Of a stretch of 55,377 nt of DNA, positions 38,457 through 50,562 are shown one piece after another. The position numbers were made by a program, and so were the translations under genes. The stretch covers positions 21,263,541 to 21,318,917 of the forward strand of contig NC_068998.1 of the NCBI RefSeq assembly GCF_001194135.2, in the 5' to 3' direction. Each line of letters starts with the position of its first letter. The stretch's first letter is position 1. Under the pieces are notes generated by a model. It searched no databases and was not told where the DNA came from. It saw only the letters and a program-made list of their open reading frames with translations. Source of the stretch: Octopus bimaculoides (taxonomy: Eukaryota).

Positions 38457-40590
38457 CACTGGTCTGCATAATTTTTTTTCTATTGGATGTATGGTATCTT
38501 TTTTCTGAATATATATGAAAAAAAATGTGTCATTGTGTTTTTTATTCATCTCTATCACATCAGGTTGTCAAGTTATACGGAGACGTTACTTTTCTCTTTT
38601 TGCATAACATAAGTAAATGGTAAATCAAAATGCTTACCTTATATTGACTTAAATGTTAAATCCAATATATTTTTCTTTATTTCTAATCTGTGAATATGTC
38701 TTGAGGCTGCATCACTTCACCAGATATATTCTGCTTTGTCTGAGGGCAATTCACCCTTTCAGATTCCCGGAGCAACATTACTCCTTTGTTGAAGCGCTGC
38801 TGTTTAGCCTATTTTGACTGCAAACTAGGAAACCAAGAGAAGCCATCTGCAACTCACAAAGCTTGCAAGGGTTGCATCGGTATGCTTCCAATGTGGTCAG
38901 TTAAATGTATGACCTTTGGAGTACCAATTGTACGGCAGAAGCAGATGAACCACCATGATGACTGCTACTTTTGTATGACTAAAGTAGCTGGATTCAACAT
39001 GAAGACTAAATATCGTATATTATACCCAAATATTCCTTCAGCAATAAGGCCTGTTTCACACTCAGATGATATTCCTGTACCTGTGCCACCTGAGACACAG
39101 GAAATTTCATCAGAGTCTGATACTAGTGATGCTAATGAGATGGAAGTAGACTATGAGCCACCAACAAATGACAACCCCAAATTCTTCACAAAGTTGAGCT
39201 CAATGACTTGGTTAGAGACCTTAACCTTCCAAAAGGAAGTGTACAGTTACTTGGCTTTAGACTGCTTCTAGCTCGCCCGATACCGTCATGGTGAAGCGGA
39301 ATTCACTCAGTCCTTATTGAACACATGGGGATGTTATACAAAGGAGATGAATGGAGGCTCTCCATTGATTCTTCTAACAGAAGTTTAAAGGCTGTTCTTC
39401 TCTACAATGGCAACATAGCTGCATCTGTACCAATAGGCCATAGTGTCCAAATGCCAGAAATTTATGAAAATATGAAGACAGTAATAACTGCAATCAAGTA
39501 CCACCATACTTTTCTCACTTGTGGTGATTTAAAAGTTATTGCTCTCCCACTGGTTCTTCAAAGGGGATACACTAAGTATCTCTGTTTTCTGCGTCTTTGG
39601 GATAGTAGGGTAGACAGCTAGCACTATGAACAAAAAGACTGGCCAACAAGAACCAGCTTCTTACCCGGAAATCACAACGTGAAAGCTGTGCCCCTAGCTG
39701 ATTCCTCCGCAAATTCTACTGCCACCACGCCACATCAAATTAGCGCTTATGAAAAATTTTGCGGAGGATCTGAACAGGAATGGAGTTGCTTTCAAGCACC
39801 TGGAGGAAAAGTTTCCTCGTATAAGTGAAGGCAGGCTAAAAGCAGGAAACTTTGTTGGCCCTCAGATTCGGGAATTGAGAGACAAGCATTTTGAGGAAGC
39901 ATTAACAGGTATCGAGATGAATGTCTGGTTTTCCTACAAGAAGATTGTTCCAATACTTCTTGGGAAACAGCCGCTCCCCAGAATATGAAAAAATGATCCA
40001 AGATCTGACATCAAGTTTTTAACAACTTGGGTCTAGAATGAGTGTCAAGATGCATTTTTTTTTGCGCTCGTATCTTGGACTAGTTTCCCAAGAATTGTGG
40101 GGACAAAAGTGAAGAACAAGGAGAGCAGTTCCATCAGGACCATGAAAACTCGATACAAGGGCAAATGGAATGTCAACATGATGGCGGATTACTGCTGGTC
40201 ATTGAAACGTGATGGTCTCGATGCACAGCACAATCGGAAATCAAAGCAGCCCTTCTTCCTTTAAATCAGTATGTAGGCTAACCATTAGGAGAATATTTCT
40301 TTTTACATTCATTTGGTTTGATGTTGATAATTCTGATTCATTTCATGTTGATTTGGAAAACATATGTTCTTAAAACTAACAGAATGTGCTTTTCTTTGAT
40401 AATTTGCTTCGTTTTAATAAAGTAACAATTTATTAAAAATTCATATATTTTATTATTAATTTGTATTTTATTCAACATCCTTATGTGACAGTAAAATGGT
40501 TTAGATATTTAAAGTTAGCAACCCAAGAATATGTAACATCACATCCATGAATAAAAATAAAAATGAAATATTCCCAAATGCAGATCAATG
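38457..40590 (+). mobile_element. Complete decayed Chapaev3-like (CMC/EnSpm-Chapaev) DNA transposon
   Basis: Termini CACTGGTCTGCAT / ATGCAGATCAATG (2 mismatches in 13); TAA on both flanks (38454-56, 40591-93) fits the CAC termini and TWA duplication of Chapaev3; 2134 bp. Confidence 0.8.
38696..40264 (+). pseudogene. Chapaev3-like transposase pseudogene
   Basis: MS*GCITSPDIFCFV*GQF...LGNQEKPSATHKACKGC...NHHDDCYFC...SAIRPVSH; LSIDSSNRSLKAVLLYNGN; GDLKVIAL; GYTKYLCFL; FVGPQIR; EEQGEQFHQD; MADYCWSL. Stops, frameshifts and an apparent internal deletion near 39280. Confidence 0.8.
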
Positions 40591-41419
40591 TAATGAATGC
40601 TATAGTTGACGTGTACCTGTATCGGAGAAGTATTAAAAGTAGGTGAACACAATAGCTTTTTTACAAACATCTTATATAGAGAAAGCATGGTTTCTCTATA
40701 CATCTTATATTGAGAAAGCATGGTTTCGAGCTTAACAGGGTCATTATATACAAAGTGTTTTCGGATCCTATCCACTAGATGGCTGCGTACAATAACTTGC
40801 GAGCGTAAGTGGAAAAGAGAAACTTTACAGAAACATATAGCATACATATGATTGTTTGAGTGTGTGTGTGTTTGCGCGTGTGTGTATGTGTGCATGTGTG
40901 TACGTGCGTGTATACTGTGTGTGTGTGTGTTGTTCGGGTGTATTTCTTCGATTTGTTTGTGATAGTCTGTTGCTATATTTATTTGCACAAGAACTGATTG
41001 CAGACCCTGCACTCTGGTCTTCAGAAATGCACTGACGAAATGGTTGGCCCTTTTAGAAACTGATAAATCAATAAAAATATTGTTATAAAAATACAGAAAT
41101 ACATACATTTATTTATATGTATACTTATATTTACATTCATATGAGCACACACACACACACACACACATACACACACACACACACACATAGACAAACAAAA
41201 ACAGAAATACATACACATAAATATGGAAGATTTTTAATTCCTCGTTATCGATTTGCCTCATTCTCCCTCATTCCCATCTCTCCCTCATTCTCTCTCCCTG
41301 ATATATGTGCATGTGAGTGTGTGTCTGTGCGTGTGTGTCTGTGCGTGTGTGTCTGTGCGTGTGTGTCTGTGCGTGTGTGTAATTATATCTATCTATCTAT
41401 ATATATATATATATATGTA

Positions 41420-41611
41420 ACCTCGTGGGCATCGGTACCATTTTCCTCTTTCTCCGTTCTTCCATTCTCCGAACTTTCCATCTTTCCGACGAAGGGCTAC
41501 GCCCGAAACGTCATACACTCTCTCTTTCCTTTCCTGAGCGTCCAATAATACTATCCATATCACGTCCTCACTTTGTTGTTTTTTTGTCTCTTTGTTATTG
41601 TTTTTTTGAAC
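41420..41611 (+). mobile_element. Short repeat with a hammerhead-like motif (second family; Penelope pLTR/retrozyme-like)
   Basis: Pyrimidine-rich segment containing CCGACGAAGGGCTACGCCCGAAACGTC; no evident similarity to 3917-4410 outside the core. Confidence 0.55.
41486..41512 (+). ncRNA. Minimal hammerhead ribozyme-like motif (degenerate)
   Basis: CCGACGA (U4 replaced by C), A, stem II GGGC/GCCC with TAC loop, GAAA, CGTC giving a GUC triplet; stem I imperfect (TTT/ATA). Confidence 0.5.
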
Positions 41612-41659
41612 NNNNNNNNNNNNNNNNNNNNNNNCCCCCCACCCAGATACACCACCCCT

Positions 41660-41900
41660 AGATCCTCCACCACCACCGCCGCCGCCGAAGCTGTCACTAC
41701 CACCACCACCACCGCCGCCTCCGAAGCTGTCACTACCACCACCACCACCGGTGCCGCCGCCTACATCACCAGCAGCAGTAGCAGCAGCAGCTATAGCAAC
41801 AGCAGCTATAGCAGCAGCATAAGCAGCAGTAGCAGCAGCATAAGCAGCAGCAGTAGCAGCAGCAGCAGAAGCACCACCACCACCATCACCATCACTGCTA
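41660..41900. repeat. Compound (ACC/GCC/AGC)n array with a 36-bp tandem unit
   Basis: CCGAAGCTGTCACTACCACCACC... at 41685 and 41721. Confidence 0.85.
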
Positions 41901-44900
41901 CTATTGAAATTGTCTTACAGTTGCTACTCTTTCGTTTTCCTGTCATAGCTCTTAATATGACTGTCTTGTAGAAAATATTTAGCGTGACCAGGACATTAAG
42001 CCACCCCCTTTAACACTATCCTTTGGGTGCCTGTTGCGGAGTTGATTTTGTTGCAGGCGTTCGCACCAGGTCAATATTTTGAGGGATTTGCATGATCTAC
42101 CTCCGCAACAATACCCTCTACATATTCTTATGTTGTCCCCACTAAATAATAATAAATAAAGAATACAATAACGACATTGTACTAATAATGGGCTTCACAC
42201 AATAGTTGAAATTGTAAATGTTGTTGCTACAGTCCTAAGTTAGACTAATGTTTGTGATATATATGCTAAAGCTATTTTTACTTCTACATTCCTACAGAAT
42301 TTAACCGAATATTTCATTAATACAAAAAAATTCACAACATAAACAAATATATTGTTATCTTCGTTTTCTATGTATTTCAGAGAAAGAGTGAAGCATTTTT
42401 TCCCCCCAGCAAACGTGAATAATCTCTCCGTTAGTTGAAATATTAAAATTATATAAAAACTAACAGTATATTAATTCAACCAAACATGTTTGTTTCATTT
42501 CTTCATTTAGAATTCATTACACTAAGAAATTGTCCGCAGTATCCTGATGTTCCAAAAACTGAAAACACAAATGCGACTCTTTTGAAAACACCTAACCTGT
42601 GATTGTCAAGATTTTTCAAAACCATACACCATTTGCTATCTGTACAGGAGGATATGGATCGTTTCATAACTGTTTCTAATTAATGTTACTTCATACCGAA
42701 AAGTCCTTCACTTTTGGATTAGATTTCGAATTTAGCTTTAAAATTTTTGGTTGTTTAGAAAAATAAGATATGATATTTTGTCAAATGTTTCAATTTTCTG
42801 TTATAGTGGATTTGTTTCCAAATATATAATCGTTGAAGTTTTTAGTAATCCTCTTAATTTATACAACATATAAATCTTTAAAATGTTTGTAAACTTGATA
42901 ACTAAAAAGAAAAATCATCGTCGCATCATTTATTTAATTTGTCTTCATACTAGACAAAATACTAAAAGTATTTAGGCAAATATCCCTTTTTACCATTTCT
43001 GCAACAGCTAATTTGTAGATCCCCATTACATTCTGTAAGAAACGCAAATGAAATTTAAAAACTTTAGATATCGTTGTTGAATCTTTTTCAATTGAATGAG
43101 GTTTACATAATTGCTTACAGCAATCTGTTAGTCTGCTTAAGAATTAAGAAGGTAATGCTTTCCAGGAATGCATGAAAGATACAATAGCATTAAGTTTTCC
43201 TTACAGAATATCTTTTAACTAATGTTATTTTTCCTTATAAGGCTATTTTAACAATTTTGTTACACATCCTTCAATAATGCAACTTCGACAAAATTACATG
43301 TACAAAAGCATACAGAATCTCACACTTTACAATCGGATGATAATTATATTTAACTAGCATCGTTTATAAAGACGGTAGGGGTTCTTATCCGGCTGATTTG
43401 TCGAATTAATTCGATATTATTTTCAAAGTTGTGTTTGAAATAAAAATATTATCAAGAAATAAGGAAGAAAGTTAACAGCATTACTCGATTGTAGTGATCC
43501 CCATCGAACCATTACAAGTTCTAACTTCCTGTTTCTGGTTAGAAAGACTTTTATATTGGCTCGGTTGAGAGCCTCTTATATTGGCCTTTGTTGCAGTTGT
43601 CTAGCACGAGTTCAGCACTGATTGATCTAACCTACGATTAAATTATATTCCATGTTTGGCCAGCTCACCATTTTAGGGGTATCTTGCAATAATTTGAAGG
43701 AATTTAGCCTCTATTTTTAGAAAGACGAGTGACTATGTTTGAGTCCCTCACTGGTTCGTAATATCCTTATTGCTGCACTATTTATTAATTATGGCTGCCT
43801 ACGCCCTTAACATGACACTTGTTTCTTTTGAGATATAAAACATAATACGGATGTCCTGAAATTGGTGCTAGTAAAGACTGCTATCAGAAGAGTCTATTGA
43901 CGAAATACGGCAATAAATATGTATATATTTAGCAAAACGGACGCTATTCTATATCTTCCAGATCTTTTTAAAAATGTCCTTTCTTTGTATTCATTTTAAA
44001 AACAGATAAATGCTGAAATTCCTAGAGACTATTTTATTGACTTCTGCAGCAATATATTACGCTGTTTCTAAGAAATAGCTTAATGTTTTGGGCCCATCGT
44101 ATTATTCGGTCTGTTTTTATTATCTTCTCTGTGTCTTAGTTAAGACTGCTATTGCAATAAGTAAAATTGTTTCAGGAGAGAAAAAACATCCTATAATTCG
44201 GCAACATGACTGCCAGCAAGCTTCGTTGCCCAATGAATGTCCTTTGCAACACGAAGAAAGTAACTGTTGTATCAATGACTTGACATTGTAAAGAATATCA
44301 TTAACTGATATAGTAACTTCAAATTTACATTTCGACATATGTCACTTTATATATGAAGTCAATTACTATCTAACACTCAACTATAATGGAAGAGCAGGTG
44401 TATCGCCCACTAAAAAGAAAGCTGTAATTGCCTGGTATGTATTTATGCGAACAGAAAGATGAAATGAAACAGGATCTATTGGGATACCATACAGCAACGA
44501 AAATATATAGAAAATATTAATTAGTAAATACCCCCCCCCCCCGACACATACATCATACGCATCGAAAATATACACCGTATTACATTAATCTACACATTTC
44601 CATGTGCCCCATGGCAACATCACAGTAATAACAATTTCTTACATAGACCCATACTACAAATTTGCGATGAGGTTTCAATCGACTATATCACTACAGCACT
44701 TAGGCAGTAGTAGTTTAAGTGGAAGGTAACATCGGAGGGATTTTGAATTCGCTAAACATCAATCATTATGTCTGATATTCTGAGGATTCCCTCAATCTGT
44801 CTTTCTTATCCTGATGTTAATAATATTATCTTTAACTAGAACACGATTAGAGATTTTCGGGGAGTCGCTTAATACGGTAAATACAAATTTGAAATTTTGT

Positions 44901-46894
44901 GGACTCAAGACTGTAATATATAGATAAATACTTTCAATAAACACAGCGACCCTTTCATATAGAGTTTGTCTGGCAAATGGTATATGTTACTTATACAAGA
45001 AGTGGGAAGAGTGGTTGCCTCAGCCTTGTTAGATAAAATCTATGAAAAGTATCGATGTTTAGTTGATAACAAATAACGGAGGAAATGCATACGCATTCGC
45101 CGCTACCTTTTAAAGTTTCACAGATTCGTTTCAGTCGATTTCAATATGAAATCGGCCACACTTCTCGTAATCTATTCCTCGTTATAATTCACATGGAAAT
45201 CTGTTGGGAAACAAACCCCCAAGAGCTTAAACTGAATTATCGCCCCAGTTTTTAACCGAAGTTGGCTGGCATGGACTTCCCTCTCACACCAAGTCTTCTG
45301 CCTGCACTACATATCAATATTGATTGTGCATAGCACAAACTTCTACTTTGTGTAGCCGACTAGCTGAAATTGTGAATAACCAACAAGTAACCAACAGGAA
45401 ATTACCTTAAATTTGAAGAATCGTTATTTCGATGTTATTGACGAAAGGAGATCTTAAAAAGCACTTCCAAAACTTCTGACGCAATACGAAAAGTTGACCA
45501 GGCTTTACATTCATGAAGAGGTCCTGTAAGGTTTTCAAAAGAACTCTATCTTCCCGTATGATAAACTGTTTTATTTACTCCATCAACTAACAATTGTTTC
45601 TTTTGTACAGCAATGACACTGAGTTGAACGGTTGGTAGAGTATTTAAGATTTGGTGTGACTGCGCCAATGCTAATGTTATTACTTTTGGTTTTTGTTTTA
45701 GTTGTGTTTATTATGTTTTTTTCTTTTTAGTTGCTTTATATTTCAGAGGCTTTTGTTGTTGCACTTATAGAAAATTTTTATGCTCTTGTTCTTATTTTTC
45801 TGTTGCTGTTGATGAGTTTGCGGCTTTTCCTGTGGTTGCAGTTGTCAGTTTAGTTATTTTCCGTAATGTTTTTGGTGTTGTTCTTATTGCTTTGGTATCT
45901 GTAGTGATGTTTTGTGCTCTCGTAAAAAACTCCTACATTCATGTTACGTTCTCTTGTTTTCTTTCATCTTCATCATCATGCGAACCTATATTAGACACCT
46001 GAAGCAAAAGGAAAGATGTACGTGTTTGCCGGATCTTCGGGTGATATTAGTAGCAACACTCCAAGTATTATCCTTGGCCACTAGTGTGAAAGGGATAGTT
46101 GAATTGCCTCATAATATTCCCGTCGACATTAAATTGTGTTGTATATTATTTTCCCATGATCCCGTTTTAAAGGACATGATGGACGTTTAATGTTATTATG
46201 GCTGATGCTAATACTGGCGATGGTAATGTTTTTGTTAGTGTTGTTATGGCTGTTTCCAGTTCTTTTATAGACGGCTAATGTTGGAGTAGCAGTGGTGCTA
46301 GAGATATCGTTGCAGCTGTGGAGGTGTAATCTATTGACGACGGAGATAGTATCGCGTGTGGTAGTGTTCGTGGTGATGGTGGTTGGCTTGGACCTGCTTG
46401 TCCTACTGGCGAAAGCTAAGGTAATATCACCGTCGCTATGAAATAATGTTAATAGCGACGTGTGAGTGTGGAAGGCACATGACATGGTCCGAATTGTGTT
46501 AATGAAAAGTTTGTTGCAATACTTCCTTTCTGTTTCTTGTTGCTTCGTCTCGTTTTACGCTCTCCTCAAATCAAATAAAACTGCATGGCCAAGTTAAATT
46601 AAATATTTAGCTTAAATAAATTGAGAGACAAAACAGATCCCCAAAATGGGGCTTAAAACAATGAATTAACTAGTGAATTATTTAACAGTTCTGCAATAAA
46701 ATCAGGCACTGACAAAACAAAAACAAAAAAAAGATCAAAAGTCGGTAATGAATACAAGAACCCCACTGAGCGATGTGCGATATGAAATCGTGGCTCATAT
46801 TTCTAGTTTAGAATAAAAACAGTTGAAGTATGACACAACTGATGCATTGACGCAGTGGAATTTTTGCAAAGAATTATTTTGCATGTAAAATGCT

Positions 46895-47260
46895 GAGACT
46901 ATACATTGAGAAGATTAAAAACGAAATCCTTGAAAATGATGGAGTGAAGTTCTTAAGGCATTTTCCGATACAAACCGAAAGAAGAATAGAACACAACAAA
47001 CCGGTATTATAATCTTTGATAGAAATAAGAAACCTTGTATTGAAATCGACGTGGCACGCCACTTGATTCTGGAGTAAATGAAAAAGTAGTGTACTTCAAC
47101 TACGAAAATTCTCAAATGCTGGACCAAATAAGTTAACAAGGTTATGATCCTGCCAATTATCATTACGGCTTGGAAACAGTGACAATGTATTTGAGAGAAT
47201 ACATTGGAATGCTAGATTTTAATCTGTTTTGGGGTGAAGAGCAAAAACCTTAATACGAGG
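46895..47260 (+). mobile_element. Highly decayed R4/Dong-like endonuclease-domain fragment
   Basis: ILENDGVKFLRHFPIQTERRIEHNKP...IIFDRNKKPCIEIDVA resembles the (LWDFxIQTD...PD...IDV) restriction-like endonuclease region. Confidence 0.6.
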
Positions 47261-47460
47261 TTACGAAAGAATTATTTGAAATACAACTACCCATGGTATG
47301 AACAAATATGACGAGTAGAAGAAAGAAAATATATACATATAGCAAAGACACAAAATAATTCTAATCCTAAAGTGCGAATTCTGGTTCAAGAGAAAGCATA
47401 TGTAAATATGGAAAAACAGCAATACCGCATCGCAACAAAATAACGATCATGATGAGGATA

Positions 47461-47635
47461 ATAATAATAATCTTTTCTACTAAAGGTACAAGGCCTAAAA
47501 TTTGATGATACTTAATTTGTTGACCCCGAAAGGCTGAGAGGCAAAGTCGATCTCACTGGAATTTGAATTCAGAACGTAGCGACTGGCAAAATACCGCTAA
47601 GCCTTTCAACCAGCATGCTAACGATTCTGCTAGCT
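47461..47635 (-). mobile_element. tRNA-derived SINE
   Basis: AATAATCTTTTCTACTAAAGGTACAAGGCC...GACCCCGAAAGG...CTAACGATTCTGCTAGCT; same family as 5699. Confidence 0.8.
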
Positions 47636-48225
47636 GCATAATGTTGTGTTTTCCTTACTCAATTTCGTCTGGGATCGGCCAGTCCTTGCGTACATAATGT
47701 GCAGCTCTTGTTCTGGAATTCCATAAGCACAGGAAGCAGCAAGATTTAGTATAGCCAAGCTGAAGGTCAGTAAGCATGGCCACAACCTTAAAATCTGCAC
47801 AAATATACCAGGTATGGTCATCATACTGTATGCTTGTTAGAATTGCTTTCAGATTTTCATATGATTCTTTCATGGTTGTGATATAAGCTATGGGAACAGA
47901 AGGCAGAGTGTTACCATTGTGTAGCAGAACAGCTTTGATACTGTCCTTGGATACATCTATGAAAAGTCGCCAGTAGGTTTTATTATATGGTATTTCCAGT
48001 TGCTCAAAAAGATCAGTGATGTCATTACAAAAGCATAAGTCATCCTTCATGGTGAATAATGCAAGCAGATCCTCTCTACGTTTTCTGTACAGTGTTATCT
48101 TCACTCCTTTCTCAAGAAGATTACGTTCTTGAAGCCTTGATGCCAGAAACTCACTTTTCTCTTTGGTCAATAGAGATCTCTGCACAAGTCATTTAGAGCC
48201 TCTTGAGAAAATGGTATTGGTTTAT
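47636..48225 (-). mobile_element. Chapaev3-like transposase internal fragment (distinct lineage from 38457)
   Basis: Open 176-codon frame: KEKSEFLASRL...WRLFIDVSKDSIKAVLLHNGN...ADFKVVAML...GYTKSCCFLCLWNSR...WP; upstream FSQEALNDLCRD in a shifted frame. Confidence 0.8.
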
Positions 48226-48230
48226 TCTCG

Positions 48231-48289
48231 CTTGAGTGAAATACTACAGAAAACAGAAATACTCCTTGAGTGAAATACTACAGAAAACA
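48231..48289 (+). repeat. 25-bp direct repeat at the transposon/LINE junction
   Basis: CTTGAGTGAAATACTACAGAAAACA at 48231-55 and 48265-89. Confidence 0.95.
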
Positions 48290-49750
48290 AAGCAGTATGA
48301 TCTGGGAAGAGGTAAGAGAAAAGCCAACCATTTGCTATTCATGGCAAGAACTAGACAACCTACTCCAGTCCGTGCGGATTTTCTCCAGTAATATTAGGAT
48401 GGAGTTCGGACTCTCAAAATATCCTACAATGGTGATGAGACGAGGAAAGCTTGCCAGGACAAAATGCATATGGTTGCCAAGTAGTGAAATGATGAAGACA
48501 ATTCAATCTCAATCCAGCTATAAATACATGAGAATACTTGCGGCAGATGAAATCAAACACTACAACATGAAGGATAAGACAAAACGAGAGTACCTGCGGT
48601 GAGCGCGAAAACTATTGGCTTCAAATCCGAATGCCACCGCGCGCAGTCGCAGTAGTTCGGTATCGCACTTGAATCGTGAAATGGAAAGAGTAGGAAGTAA
48701 AGGAGATGGACAGGAAGTCAAGAAAGCTCCCAAAGATACCTGGAGCCCGTCATCCACGTGAAGACACTGATCGCCTATACATGAAGAGAGCAAATGGAGG
48801 AAGGGGACTGATAAGCGTGGAAGACTGCGTGCGTATCGAACTCGAGAGCTTCATGAGATACATAGCTCAAAGTAGGGCAACCTTGCTAGTGGCAGTTAGG
48901 AACGAAGAAGTAGAGAAAGTAGAGAAAAAAGGAAAAACAAAGGAAGGATTACAAAAAAGGATATGATGAAGAATTACGCAAGAAGAAGAGACTACACAAT
49001 CAATTCCATGTAGCTACAACAGAATTGGCTAATTAAAGGAACCGTAAAAAAAGAGACCGAAAGTACTATCCAAGCTCTGGGCACGAACTGGAGAGTCAAC
49101 TTTAGGAATGAGCCAGTGTCTCCGCTGTACCACATCTGTAATAGAGTGGATGAAACCATTGCTCATATCACGAACGAATGCCCTACACTTGCTCAAAACC
49201 ACTACAAGTTGTGGCAACACAACCATGTAGTGAAAGTGCTACATTGAGTACTGTGCGAAAAGTGGGGGCTAGAGAAAGGCAAGACATGGTATGAGCACAG
49301 ACTGTAGAGAGTGGCAGAGTCGGAGACTAGCAAAATCCTCTGGGATTTCCCAATCCAAAGAGATCAGGTGCTAGAGCAGCATGACAGACCGGACCTAGTG
49401 GTGGTGGACAAGGTGCTATATAGTTGATGTTGCATGCCCCTTTGACCCACAAATAGTCAAGAAGAAAGGTGAAAAAATAGATAGATACAACCCTCTTTAG
49501 TACGAAATAATCCGGCTATGGAAAATGAAGAAGGTAAATGTAGTGCCAATTATTGTTGAGGCCTTGGGAAAGTATTAGAAGGCATCAAGAAGAATATAAA
49601 GGAAATTGGAATAGAGTGCCCAGTAGAACTGTTACAAAAGGTTTGCCTCCTTCGAAAAGAACGAATAGCATGGTACCGTAGGCTGCAGGCAGTAAACCCG
49701 CTACGGATTCAAGACTCCAGAAACTTCAACAAAACTTTTGATAAAGAGAT
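48290..49750 (+). mobile_element. 5'-truncated R4/Dong-like non-LTR retrotransposon (RT end, CCHC knuckle, restriction-like endonuclease)
   Basis: MEFGLSK...YKY; RLYMKRANGGRGL; C-x-ICNRVDETIAHITNEC; ILWDFPIQ; RPDLVV...VDVACPFD; VPIIVEALG; followed by a (TAA)n tail. Confidence 0.9.
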
Positions 49751-49757
49751 GATAATG

Positions 49758-49806
<49 letters not shown>

Positions 49807-49925
49807 AAATAATAATAATAATGAGAAGAAGAAGAAGAAGAAGAAGAAGAAGGAGGAGGAGGGGGAGAAGAAGAAGAAGAAGGAGGAGGAACGAGAGGAA
49901 GAAGTAGAAGAAGAAGAAGAAGAAT
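49751..49925. repeat. Compound (TAA)n-(GAA)n-(GGA)n tail/microsatellite
   Basis: Direct reading. Confidence 0.95.
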
Positions 49926-50354
49926 AGACAAATACAAAGATCAGGGCTTGAGAGTAATTGAAAAAAATGTGATGCCTTGAGTTATAGTAGATAGATGCAC
50001 ACAAATATTTTAGCTGTATCTCATATGAACCACCTGACCAGGAAAACTAAAATATAGCTATGGCTAGCATTGTATTCAAATTGCGTAGAACCATCTCAAT
50101 ATGAATTACGCAGGCGTTGGCTTTCTTCAACTATTTGAACTGTACTTTGATGCATCTACACTTTATGTAATTTTAATATTTAAGCTATATGTAAAAAAAG
50201 TGACCTACTCCTTTAATTGTTTTATCAACAGTGTATTATATGGATCCCCTTACACTCCTACATCAATACCTAAAAGCAACATCATACTCATCTTTTCCTA
50301 CCTTACGGTACAGGTCATAAACCGACATGAACTCTGCCAAAGAAAGAATACAAG

Positions 50355-50547
50355 TAATAATGGTTTCAAATTTTGGCACAAGGCCTGCAATTTCGAGGAG
50401 AGGATAAATCGATTACATCCACCCCAGTGCTCAACTGGTACTTATTTTATCCACTCAGAAAAGTTGAATGGTGAAGTCGACCTCGGCATAATTTGAACTC
50501 AGAACATTTTGCCCAGTGTGCTAACGATTCAACCAGCTCGCCGCCTT
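50355..50547 (-). mobile_element. tRNA-derived SINE
   Basis: Reverse complement starts AAGGCGGCGAGCTGG; contains GTCGACCTCGGC and TTTGAACTCAGAAC. Confidence 0.8.
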
Positions 50548-50562
50548 AAGAATAAAAATATT

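Noticed and set aside
43520-43590. ETS-like site plus two ATTGG (CCAAT) boxes 25 bp apart
   Set aside because: Short motifs expected by chance, with no associated exon or CpG-rich region.
45100-45560. PQFLTEVGWHGLPSH, vaguely like a Helitron helicase motif
   Set aside because: The similarity is too short and the neighbouring helicase motifs cannot be recovered.
45590-46485. Thr/Asn-rich 118-aa ORF and neighbouring ORFs, mucin-like at first sight
   Set aside because: Degenerate GNT/ACA trinucleotide sequence with stops in other segments and no splice or domain support.
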